NCBI GenBank assembly: GCA_036261915.1
Contig: DATAJX010000001.1
Span: 83,875 to 147,874 of the forward strand
Origin: Alphaproteobacteria bacterium
Lineage (GTDB): Bacteria; Pseudomonadota; Alphaproteobacteria; UBA2136; UBA6156
Length of the DNA stretch: 64,000 nt
Direction of reading: 5' to 3'
Shown here: one piece after another, positions 56,035-64,000 of the stretch
Numbering within the stretch: the first letter of the stretch is position 1
How the letters are laid out: each line of letters begins with the position of its first letter
The notes under the pieces: generated by a model
What the model saw: only the letters and a program-made list of their open reading frames with translations
Databases searched by the model: none
What the model was told of the DNA's origin: nothing
Program-made: the position numbers and the translations under genes

Positions 56035-56261
56035 GCAGGGGAAGGCCGCAGGGGGCCCAAAACAGGGCCGAATTCCAGCCTTTCCATACCCCACAAGCTA
56101 TTTTACATAACATACATTATGCGAAGTAATGATATGGTCTGAACCCACTCCATAAGGCCATTTCAAGACCCTCACACAACCTCATACCCAACCTCCAAAC
56201 CCGTTTAAACGCGGTCTGGCGAAGCCTGTTTTCGCCCTCATTCCACATCCACAACAACTAC

Positions 56262-56296
56262 AAAAAAATGGACACCGGAAAAATTTCCGGTGTCCA
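56262..56296 (-). terminator. Terminator downstream of 56306..57091
   Basis: GGACACCGGAA-aaat-TTCCGGTGTCC hairpin with AAAAAAA on the + side. Confidence 0.7.
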
Positions 56297-56305
56297 AAAT
56301 TCATG

Positions 56306-57091
56306 TCAGTGCAACTTCCCCTGCGCAAGCAGGTCGCGTGCCGTCCACCACTGTTTCTGATGAACGATTTCAGGCAGCGTCCGTACGTTGGCAACCGCAT
56401 CCATGCCGTTACGCCATGGAATATCCAGGTTCTCACCGTTCTTGAAGCGAATCAAAAACGGATAACGCGGGATTTCGGGCGGGTCTTTCTTTAATCGGCC
56501 CGTCGCCTTGCCCGACATTGACCAGATCACCCCCCTTGCCTTTGGCTCTTCCGCAGTCCGGGCGGGCGGCGGCGTCACCAAAACCTCCTCCGGTCGGGCC
56601 ACTGGGGCTTCCGGTGGGGTGGGGTCGGCTGGCAGGGGCTGCTGGGTCAGCAGCATAGGCTCCGGTTTGGCCTCCTTAAAAAGGCCAAGCTCGTCGGTAA
56701 TGGCCAGGGCCAATCCTTGCAACCGGCCCATGCGTATGGCCAGCCGCAGTTTCTGCGCCTCGCTGGGCTTGCCGTCAGGGTCATAAGGCTCGGTCTTGTC
56801 GGCGGCTTCCTTGCGGAAGATCTCGATAATCCGGCCCACGCCCTCAAGCACTTCACGAATATTCTCCAGCCGCGCATCCTTGCCCTTCATCAACAGCTTG
56901 TTGGTTTTGGGGCTGATATGCGCGGGGTCGTCGTGCTTGCCGTCCAGGTATTCCTTGATGTTCTCATCGCCCCGGCGTCGCGCCAGAAGCTCCAGAATAT
57001 CAAGGCCGATACCGAATTCAGCGGCTTCCTCCTGCAGTTTCCGTACAATCTCCATCTCTGAAGGCGTCGGGTCTTGGGGGGTCTCGCTCAT
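56306..57091 (-). CDS. Hypothetical protein (261 aa)
   Basis: Long ORF downstream of asnB on the same strand; Pro-rich central linker; no family recognised. Confidence 0.5.
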   Translation of the reverse strand: MSETPQDPTPSEMEIVRKLQEEAAEFGIGLDILELLARRRGDENIKEYLDGKHDDPAHISPKTNKLLMKGKDARLENIREVLEGVGRIIEIFRKEAADKTEPYDPDGKPSEAQKLRLAIRMGRLQGLALAITDELGLFKEAKPEPMLLTQQPLPADPTPPEAPVARPEEVLVTPPPARTAEEPKARGVIWSMSGKATGRLKKDPPEIPRYPFLIRFKNGENLDIPWRNGMDAVANVRTLPEIVHQKQWWTARDLLAQGKLH

Positions 57092-57172
57092 GCGATCTTC
57101 TCCATGAAAAAAGGGATTAAACTCAGGTTTAACCCCTTCTACAACCTTATTGTATACAAATCAAGTGCAGGC

Positions 57173-59089
57173 TTAAACAGTGGTATTCAACAGGTTTTTA
57201 CGCCACCACACAATAAAGCAGGCGGCCAGCAGGGTATAAGCGCCATCCACTTCCCCCCTCACCGTGGCCTGAAACCACCGCCGGGTGTTCTCGGCATCCA
57301 GCCAGTCGGCGTCCTTGCTGCGCAGGGTATCCATCACCATGGCCCTCCCCTCGCCCAGCAACCAGTTGCGCACGGGGGCTCCAAAACCGGCCTTTTTCCG
57401 CCACAAAACACTGCTTGGCAGGCGTGGCTTCACCGCCTGCTTGAACATCCACTTCAAACTCAGGTTATGCAGCTTGATGCTCGGCGATACATCCGACATG
57501 AAATTCATCAACCGCTTGTCGATCAAAGGCACCCTAATTTCCACCCCATGCGCCATCCCGGCCTTGTCGGCATAGTTCAGGTTGTGGTCGGGCAAAAATC
57601 CGGCCAGTTCCATAAACAGCAAGCGGTTCACCGGGTCCTGCCCTGCGCTGTGGGCCTGCGCCTCGTCCAGGGCGTTGATCCACCCCCCCGCCAGCTGCTT
57701 GCGCCACTCGGGCTGCAGCAGTTGCCACGCCGCCGGGTGGCTGTTGGTGCGGAAGGCCTGCCGCAAAAACTTCTCTTCATCCAGCGCCAGCAAACCGGCC
57801 AACTGGTCGGCACGGCGGCCCAGCGCGCCCATCTTCGCCTTGCTCAAATACGGCGCGCTGAATTTCAAAAGCCCCGAGATCATGGGCGCGTTCTTGCCCG
57901 CATACTGCCGCAAGCGGGCCGAAAGATGCCGCCGGTAGCCCGTGAAAATATCATCGCCGCCGGTGCCGCTCATCAGCACCTTAATGCCGTCGGCGCGCGC
58001 CTGCTTGCTAATATCCTCCACAAACAGCGGCGCCGGGTCGGCGGTCGGTTCGTCCAGCAACGCGGCCAACCCAGGCAAGCGGCCCAGCACGTTGTTGCTT
58101 TCCACAATCATGGGCGTCAGCGGCACCTTCAAATGCTCGGCCACCTTGCGCGCGTACATCAAATCGTCGCTGAAGCCTTCAGCCTTCATGCTGCTGTCAT
58201 TGAAGCCGATGCAGTACGTATGCGCAGGCCTGTGTCCGGTGGCCACCATGCTGGCCACCACGGCGCTGCTGTCCACGCCGCCGCTCATGAAGGCCCCCAG
58301 CGGCACATCCGCAATGCACTGCTCGTTCACCACGGCATCCAGCAAATGCAGCAACTGTTCCGGCGTGCGGTCGGGGTGGTAAAACGGCTCGCCGTTCTCA
58401 ATGTTCGGCAACGCGGGGGTAAACCAGCGCTTCATCTGCACCTGCACACCGCCCTCGCCGCGACGCGCCAGAAGGCAATGCCCGGGTCGTAGCTTCTTGA
58501 TGCCGTTCACCGGCGTGCGCTCGCCCGGGCTCCACAGCAGGGTCAGGTAGTCGGCCAGCGCAGCAGGGTCGGGGCTGGTGTCCACGCCGGGCAGCTTCAG
58601 CAGCGTCTTCAGCTCGCTGGCAAACGCCAACCCTTGCGCGGTGCGGGCGTAGTACAGCGGCTTGATGCCCGCATGGTCGCGCGCAATGAACAGCTCCTGC
58701 TTTTCGGCATCCCAAATCGCAAAAGCGAACATCCCTTCCAAACGGCTCAGCATGCCTGTGCCCAGCATGTCATATAAGGGCGCCAGCACACCGGTGTCGC
58801 TGTTCTGGTTATAGGTGTACCCGCGCGCGTTCAAATCGCCGTGCAGGGTTTTGTAGTTGTAAATCTCACCATTGAAGATCACCTGGTAGCGCCCATCCAC
58901 CCCCGGCATCGGCTGGCTGGCGGCGGCGGTCAGGTCAATAATGCTCAAGCGCTGGTGGGTCAGCACAATGCCGGTGGCGGGGTTGGCCCACACGCCGTGG
59001 CCGTCGGGCCCGCGGTGCGCCTGGGCGGCTTGCAATACCCCGGCCAACTCGGGGTTGAAACTGCCAAACAAGCCTGCAATGCCGCACAT
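57173..59089 (-). CDS. asnB: Asparagine synthase (glutamine-hydrolysing)
   Basis: N-terminal MCGIAG Ntn-amidotransferase start, PP-loop SGGVDSS. Confidence 0.9.
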   Translation of the reverse strand: MCGIAGLFGSFNPELAGVLQAAQAHRGPDGHGVWANPATGIVLTHQRLSIIDLTAAASQPMPGVDGRYQVIFNGEIYNYKTLHGDLNARGYTYNQNSDTGVLAPLYDMLGTGMLSRLEGMFAFAIWDAEKQELFIARDHAGIKPLYYARTAQGLAFASELKTLLKLPGVDTSPDPAALADYLTLLWSPGERTPVNGIKKLRPGHCLLARRGEGGVQVQMKRWFTPALPNIENGEPFYHPDRTPEQLLHLLDAVVNEQCIADVPLGAFMSGGVDSSAVVASMVATGHRPAHTYCIGFNDSSMKAEGFSDDLMYARKVAEHLKVPLTPMIVESNNVLGRLPGLAALLDEPTADPAPLFVEDISKQARADGIKVLMSGTGGDDIFTGYRRHLSARLRQYAGKNAPMISGLLKFSAPYLSKAKMGALGRRADQLAGLLALDEEKFLRQAFRTNSHPAAWQLLQPEWRKQLAGGWINALDEAQAHSAGQDPVNRLLFMELAGFLPDHNLNYADKAGMAHGVEIRVPLIDKRLMNFMSDVSPSIKLHNLSLKWMFKQAVKPRLPSSVLWRKKAGFGAPVRNWLLGEGRAMVMDTLRSKDADWLDAENTRRWFQATVRGEVDGAYTLLAACFIVWWRKNLLNTTV

Positions 59090-59274
59090 GGGCAGTATTA
59101 GTACATGAAGCAGGGGCGTTCGGTAAAGTAAACGTTATGTAAGCTTTGTGTCGGCCACCTTACAGCGCGTCTGTTTCGTATTGAAGCTTCCGACCACGCG
59201 CCTACCATGCACGTGTAGGCAAGGTAAAAAACAAATGGGTTACCTACCGCCTGCGTAAATGGAGGAAACGACAC

Positions 59275-59577
59275 ATGAAAAAATATCTGCTCGGGTTACT
59301 CGCCGTGGCTGGCCTCGCCGCCGCCGCAGGTAACGTCAGCGCCGACGACTGGCACGGCGGCCGCCCCGGCGGTCACGCGCCGCAACGCGGCTGGCACGAT
59401 AACCGTGGCGGCCACAACTGGCACGGCCCGGTGGCCTATTATCGTCCGGCGCCGTACCGCTACTACCGCCCGGCCCCGGTGGCTTACTACCGTCCGGCCT
59501 ACTATCGGCCGGTAGCCTACTACCCCGCGCCGTACTATGCGCAACCCGGCCTCGCGCTGTCGTTCAACATCCGCTAG
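59275..59577 (+). CDS. Small secreted Tyr/Pro/Arg-rich repeat protein (100 aa)
   Basis: Signal peptide; repeated YYRPAP(V/Y) units; own terminator. Confidence 0.5.
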   Translation: MKKYLLGLLAVAGLAAAAGNVSADDWHGGRPGGHAPQRGWHDNRGGHNWHGPVAYYRPAPYRYYRPAPVAYYRPAYYRPVAYYPAPYYAQPGLALSFNIR

Positions 59578-59589
59578 CGCGGTGTCAAA

Positions 59590-59624
59590 AACGCGGCGTC
59601 CGGTCCCTCGGCGCCGCGTTTTCC
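59590..59624 (+). terminator. Rho-independent terminator
   Basis: AACGCGGCG...CGCCGCGTT stem followed by TTCCCC. Confidence 0.5.
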
Positions 59625-59682
59625 CCTCTGATTTTTTATACGAACCATGCTGAAATACCTTAGTAACAGGAGAACATAGAAC

Positions 59683-60099
59683 ATGAAAACCTATCTGCTC
59701 GCCGCAGCTACTGCACTGCTCACCCTCGGCGCCGCCGGTACCGCCTTGGCCCAAAACCAATGGCACGGCGGCACGCACTTCCGAGGGCACGATTGGGATC
59801 CCCCCGCTGGCCACCAATGGAAACGCATTCCCCCGGGCCAAGCCAAAAAGCGCCTATACTACGCACCGCGCCATAACGTGGCCGTGCGCGAATATGTCTA
59901 CTACCCGCAGGCCCGCGCCTATTACGCCCCCTGGAACAAACGCTGGTACTACCGCAACGGCAACCGCTGGGTGGTACGCCAAAGCGCACCGCTCAACATC
60001 AACCTCGGCAACGGCATCAACATCAGCCTGGGCGCCGACGTTCCCTATACCTACGACACCTACGTCGTGAACAACTACCGTACCTACTATCCGTACTAA
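59683..60099 (+). CDS. Small secreted Tyr-rich protein (138 aa)
   Basis: Signal peptide MKTYLLAAATALLTLGAAGTALA; YY.P/YYAP/WYYRNGNRW motifs. Confidence 0.5.
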   Translation: MKTYLLAAATALLTLGAAGTALAQNQWHGGTHFRGHDWDPPAGHQWKRIPPGQAKKRLYYAPRHNVAVREYVYYPQARAYYAPWNKRWYYRNGNRWVVRQSAPLNINLGNGINISLGADVPYTYDTYVVNNYRTYYPY

Positions 60100-60116
60100 C
60101 GCCCAACCTCCGGCCC

Positions 60117-60146
60117 GGCCCCGCCCAGCGCGGGGCCGTTTTTTAT
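60117..60146 (+). terminator. Rho-independent terminator
   Basis: CGGCCCCGC-ccag-GCGGGGCCG followed by TTTTTT. Confidence 0.75.
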
Positions 60147-60263
60147 CCGTAAGCGAACGCGCCGCATATGTAAAAAAGCGCAGCCGAACAACCCCGCGCC
60201 GGCCCGCAATAACTCACACGGCCGTACAATGCCGCCAGTTCAAACACAGGGAGAGAACGGGAA

Positions 60264-60818
60264 ATGAAAAACATCAAAACCTTCACCGCCATGGTCATGG
60301 CACTGGCGGGCGGCGCCGCCAGCATCGCGGCCGCTCAGGTGCTCACCACCGGCGGCACGGCGGGCAGCAGCCTCAACAACGGCGCCAACATCGGCGCGGG
60401 CAACCACACGGGCGCCAGCGTCGATACAAATAACCCCACGTCGTCCGACATCCGCGCCAAGGTCGGCGTGCAAGGCACCGCGCAGGCGCGCGATAACCTC
60501 AGCAACAACCCGGTGCCCAACACCACCACACCGGCCGAAATGGGCCCCGGTAATACGGGGGCAGGCAGCGTGCAGGGCAGCACGCACACCGCCGCGCAGG
60601 TCAAGGGCGCGGCCCGGCTGGCCGACGTCTTGCCCAAGGGCAGCGCAAGCTACACCTACTATCCAAAGGCGCAGGTCTATTACAGCCCCGGCACGTCCAC
60701 CTATTATTACAGCCAGCGCGGCCAGTGGTACTCGGGCAATGCCATCCCGGCGGGGGTCAATCTCGGCACCGGAAGCACGGTCAAACTCAACGGCAAGGGC
60801 ACCATCACCACGCCGTAA
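60264..60818 (+). CDS. Secreted Gly/Thr/Asn-rich protein with C-terminal Tyr-rich module (184 aa)
   Basis: Signal peptide; C-terminal YTYYPKAQVYYSPGTSTYYYSQRGQWYSGN related to the two upstream small proteins. Confidence 0.5.
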   Translation: MKNIKTFTAMVMALAGGAASIAAAQVLTTGGTAGSSLNNGANIGAGNHTGASVDTNNPTSSDIRAKVGVQGTAQARDNLSNNPVPNTTTPAEMGPGNTGAGSVQGSTHTAAQVKGAARLADVLPKGSASYTYYPKAQVYYSPGTSTYYYSQRGQWYSGNAIPAGVNLGTGSTVKLNGKGTITTP

Positions 60819-60829
60819 GTCCGTCGCAA

Positions 60830-60858
60830 AAAAAAGGCGCCCCATGGCGCCTTTTTTA
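60830..60858. terminator. Bidirectional terminator
   Basis: GGCGCC-ccat-GGCGCC followed by TTTTTT (A-tract upstream). Confidence 0.75.
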
Positions 60859-62994
60859 AATCGAAAGCAACACCGGCTGCCCGGTTTTCACGCTCTCGGC
60901 CGCCGCCAGAATCACATGACTGCTATGCAACAGCTCGGCCACCGGCACAGGCACGGGCGCGCGGCCGCGGCAGGCATCGGCAAACGCCTGCAACGCAGCG
61001 GCATGGCCCTTGTCGGCGCTGCCGAAAAACCCCCGGCACTTCAGTGTGCGGCCGTTCCAGAGCGTAGTCTTGTAATTGGTCATCACGCCGCTGTTGCCGC
61101 CGCCGCTCACGCTCACCATTTCCTTCGGCGCCTGCGGGTGGTTCTCCGACGTGTATAAAATCACGCTCAAACTGCCGTCGCGGTGGCGCAAGGTTATGCT
61201 GTAGCAATCCTGCCCCTTCCCCGCCGTGGCGGTCACGCTCTGCACCGGGCTGCCGGCAAGGTAAAGCGCAAGGTCGGTAAAGTGGCAGGCTTCGCCCAGC
61301 AAACGGCCGCCGCCTTCGGCCCCGCTCTGCCAGTTGGCGTCGTCCAGCTTGCCCGCGTTCACGCGTATCATGATCTGTTTCGGCCCGCGCACTTCGGCCA
61401 GCTTGTCGCGCAGCGGCTGCAGGTAGGGCGAAAAGCGCCGGTTGAACCCCACCATCAACACCTGCGGGTGTGCCCGGTGCGTGGCCTCGATCTTTTCCAG
61501 GTCCTTGGCGGTCAGGCTCAACGGCTTTTCCACCCACACGTGCTTGCCTGCCTTCAGCGCACTCACCACCTGCGCGGCATGCGCGCTGTGGCGGGTCGAA
61601 ATCACCACCGCATGGGTGTTGGCATCCTCCAGCAGCGCGTTCTCGCCGGTCGCGGCAAACGTGGCCTCGAATTTCTCCATCGCATGCGCGGCGGTCAACC
61701 CGCCCTTGCCTGCGATCCCGGCCAGCGCCACGCCATCGGTCTTCTTCAGCAACGGCAGCAACGTACCGCGTGCAAACGCACCCGGGCCCAGCAGGCTCAC
61801 GCCCAGCTCATCACGGCGCAACGCCACGCTGGTATAAGGCTGCTCGGCCTGCAACTCGGGGTAAGCCAGCACCACGCCCAGCGTGTCGCCACCCTTGGCG
61901 ATCATCTCATAAGCCTTCAACGCGTCACCGAATTCAAACATGTGGCTGGTCAGCAAACCCACATCCAGCGTGCCCGCCGCCATCAGTTCTAAAACTTCGC
62001 GCAGGTGGTCGGCTTCGGTGTGCGGCACATACCCGGCCGGGTAGGCCACGCCCTGCTGCTCAAACGCCGGGTCGTAGCGCCCTGGCCCGTAGCTGCGGCT
62101 GGTCTTTACCGTCAGTTCCTTCTTCATGAAATCCGCGTAAGGGAAGGCCGTCCCCACCTTGCCCACCAGCACCACCGTGGCGCGGTCGCGGGCCCAGGCC
62201 GCAGCCTGGGCAATCGGCCCGTCGCTGTCGGTCGCGGCACAGATCAAAACCGAATCAAACCCCCGCCCGCCGGTAAACTCGGCAAAAGCGGCATCAGCTG
62301 CGGCGGCACCGCTCGCGGCCAGAATCGCCCCACCCTGCACAGCCAGGTCCCCACGCTGCCTGTTCGGGTCAAACCCGGCCACCTGGGCCCCGGCGGCGGC
62401 GGCAATCTGCACCGCCAACTGCCCTACAAGACCCAAGCCCATCACCAGCACGCGGTCGCCCAACGCCACACCGGCATTGCGCACGCCCTGCAACGCAATG
62501 GCCGCCAGCGTGGCATAACACGCATGTTCAAACAGAACACCCTCCGGCATCTTCGCCGTCAAATTCTTCGGCACGGCATTCACCTGCGCATGGTTGGCCA
62601 AACCGGCACCGGCCATGGCCACGCTGTCGCCCACGGCGTACAGGTGCGCCACGCTGGCACCCACCGCCATCACGGTGCCCGCGGCGCTGTAACCCAGCGG
62701 CAAAGGTTCGTCCAAACGGCCGAACACGCTCTGCAGCGTCGCCGCCAGCCCGTCGCGCTTCAGCTTGCCCATGGTCTTGGCCACCAGGTCGGGGCGGCTT
62801 TTGGCCTTACCCACTAAACTCTTGCTGGCAAATTCCATCACCATGCGCTCGGTCCCGGCTGAAATCAGGCTGGCCTTGGTGGCCACCAAAACTTCGCCCG
62901 TCCCCACGCTGGGCAGCGGCACGGTTTTCATCTCAATTTTGCCTTTGCGCACGTTCTGGGTGATCTGCTTCATCTTGTTCTTCCGTTTAAGCAA
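60856..62994 (-). CDS. Bifunctional oxidoreductase: zinc-binding MDR alcohol-dehydrogenase-like N-domain fused to Gfo/Idh/MocA C-domain
   Basis: N-terminal MDR fold (GTERMVMEF... Rossmann GLGLVGQLAVQ), C-terminal Gfo/Idh/MocA region (HAVVISTRHSAHAAQVVSALKAGKHVWVEKPLS, EACHFTDL); polysaccharide-biosynthesis-type fusion. Confidence 0.7.
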   Translation of the reverse strand: MLKRKNKMKQITQNVRKGKIEMKTVPLPSVGTGEVLVATKASLISAGTERMVMEFASKSLVGKAKSRPDLVAKTMGKLKRDGLAATLQSVFGRLDEPLPLGYSAAGTVMAVGASVAHLYAVGDSVAMAGAGLANHAQVNAVPKNLTAKMPEGVLFEHACYATLAAIALQGVRNAGVALGDRVLVMGLGLVGQLAVQIAAAAGAQVAGFDPNRQRGDLAVQGGAILAASGAAAADAAFAEFTGGRGFDSVLICAATDSDGPIAQAAAWARDRATVVLVGKVGTAFPYADFMKKELTVKTSRSYGPGRYDPAFEQQGVAYPAGYVPHTEADHLREVLELMAAGTLDVGLLTSHMFEFGDALKAYEMIAKGGDTLGVVLAYPELQAEQPYTSVALRRDELGVSLLGPGAFARGTLLPLLKKTDGVALAGIAGKGGLTAAHAMEKFEATFAATGENALLEDANTHAVVISTRHSAHAAQVVSALKAGKHVWVEKPLSLTAKDLEKIEATHRAHPQVLMVGFNRRFSPYLQPLRDKLAEVRGPKQIMIRVNAGKLDDANWQSGAEGGGRLLGEACHFTDLALYLAGSPVQSVTATAGKGQDCYSITLRHRDGSLSVILYTSENHPQAPKEMVSVSGGGNSGVMTNYKTTLWNGRTLKCRGFFGSADKGHAAALQAFADACRGRAPVPVPVAELLHSSHVILAAAESVKTGQPVLLSI

Positions 62995-64000
62995 TTTTAT
63001 GGGTCACATCGTTGCGGTTCTGGAATATCCCGCAAGGGTCCACCACCATCTTCCCGGCCAGCGCTCCATCGGGCAATGCCTTAAAGGCACTGTGCGCGGT
63101 CAAACTCACCACCACCTTGGCGGCGGCCACGGCGGTGGAAAGCGGCACAATGGCGTAATCGTTATGTTTACGAATATGCGGCTCCACGATCAGGCAATGA
63201 AACCCCGGGCGCTTCTTCAGTTCCTCGATCACGGTGATGGCGGGGCTCTCGCGCAAGTCATCCACATCCGGCTTATAGGCCAAGCCCAAACAGGCAATAC
63301 TGCACGGGGTGCCCCCGGCGGCGGCCACGGCCTTCTCGATCTGCTCCACCACCCACAGCGGCTTGTCGTCGTTGGTGGCGCGGGTGGCCTGCATCTGCGG
63401 CGTCAGCTCGGGCGCCTCGGCAATAATGAACCACGGGTCCACCGCAATGCAGTGCCCGCCAACGCCGGTGCCGGGGGTCAGAATATTCACGCGCGGATGA
63501 TGGTTGGCCAGTTTAATGACATTCCACACATCCAAACCCATCTTGGCGCACACGGTACTCAGCTCGTTCGCAAACGCGATCTGCGCATCGCGGCTGGCGT
63601 TCTCCACCAGCTTCACCATCTCAGCCTCGGCGGCGGTGCAGGGCAGCAACTGGCCGGTGCAAAAGCTCTGGTACAACGCCAAACCGCGCCCGGTGGCCTG
63701 CGGCGTCAATCCACCCACCAGCCGGTCGTTCTCCACCATTTCGCGTACGGTGGCGCCGGGTATCGCGCGCTCTGGGCAAAACACGTAATCGATCTTGTCA
63801 GCCAGTTCCGGGCGCAAGCGCTCAACCACATCCTTCACATGCTTGCGGGTGGCGCCCACGGGGCTGGTGCTTTCCAAAACCACCAGGTCGCCGGCCTTCA
63901 GCACCGGCGTCATGCTGGTAACCCCGGCTTCCACAAAACTCATGTCCGGGGTGTGCAGTGCGTGGTCCACCGGGGTGGGCAGGCTCAAAATGAACACGTC
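62987..64000 (-). CDS. UDP-sugar 6-dehydrogenase (WecC/WbpA/TviB family), 5' partial
   Basis: Central and C-terminal UDPG/MGDP dehydrogenase domains (catalytic-Cys region, GLAYKPDVDDLRESPA); N-terminal Rossmann part lies beyond the window end. Confidence 0.7.
   Translation of the reverse strand, partial: DVFILSLPTPVDHALHTPDMSFVEAGVTSMTPVLKAGDLVVLESTSPVGATRKHVKDVVERLRPELADKIDYVFCPERAIPGATVREMVENDRLVGGLTPQATGRGLALYQSFCTGQLLPCTAAEAEMVKLVENASRDAQIAFANELSTVCAKMGLDVWNVIKLANHHPRVNILTPGTGVGGHCIAVDPWFIIAEAPELTPQMQATRATNDDKPLWVVEQIEKAVAAAGGTPCSIACLGLAYKPDVDDLRESPAITVIEELKKRPGFHCLIVEPHIRKHNDYAIVPLSTAVAAAKVVVSLTAHSAFKALPDGALAGKMVVDPCGIFQNRNDVTHKIA

Overview
This window looks like high-GC (about 65%) alphaproteobacterial chromosomal DNA, mostly housekeeping genes in conserved local synteny: valS-argS, tatABC-serS-pcm, cpoB(ybgF)-tilS-ftsH, glmM, proS, lolCE-lolD, dnaE, secG-pyrG, lipB, surA-like-rsmA, a murein-remodelling cluster (mltB-rlpA-dacC) and tmk-holB-tatD. 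Four tRNAs are present: Met/Ile2-type CAT (-), Leu-GAG (+), Ser-CGA (-) and Ser-TGA (-), with many rho-independent terminators. Several accessory or atypical segments stand out. (1) The most unusual is a tight three-gene minus-strand operon at 27422..29905. It encodes a 579-aa fusion of an N-terminal XRE-type helix-turn-helix to a full-length RuBisCO large-subunit-like domain whose catalytic Lys201/Asp203/Glu204 and His/Lys triad are substituted. Downstream are a NUDIX hydrolase and a clear RuBisCO small-subunit (RbcS) homolog. The operon is divergent from an OMP beta-barrel gene and lies near a tRNA(CAT). I know of no described system combining an HTH-RbcL-like protein with an RbcS-like partner. 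(2) A lower-GC block at 4380..7400 carries a cryptic lysis cassette (small TM protein, translationally coupled PGRP-type amidase, 3-TM holin-like protein) plus a Gln-rich/Gly-zipper protein pair. (3) There is an orphan VirB11-family ATPase with a small membrane protein and a stand-alone helicase-associated-domain mini-gene. (4) Two dispersed repeat families occur, along with a 22-bp direct duplication of the tRNA-Ser(TGA) 3' end. (5) A recurrent CTAyAww -10-like motif sits 5-9 nt upstream of start codons of several core genes, suggesting leaderless mRNAs. No CRISPR array, transposase or integrase was recognised.
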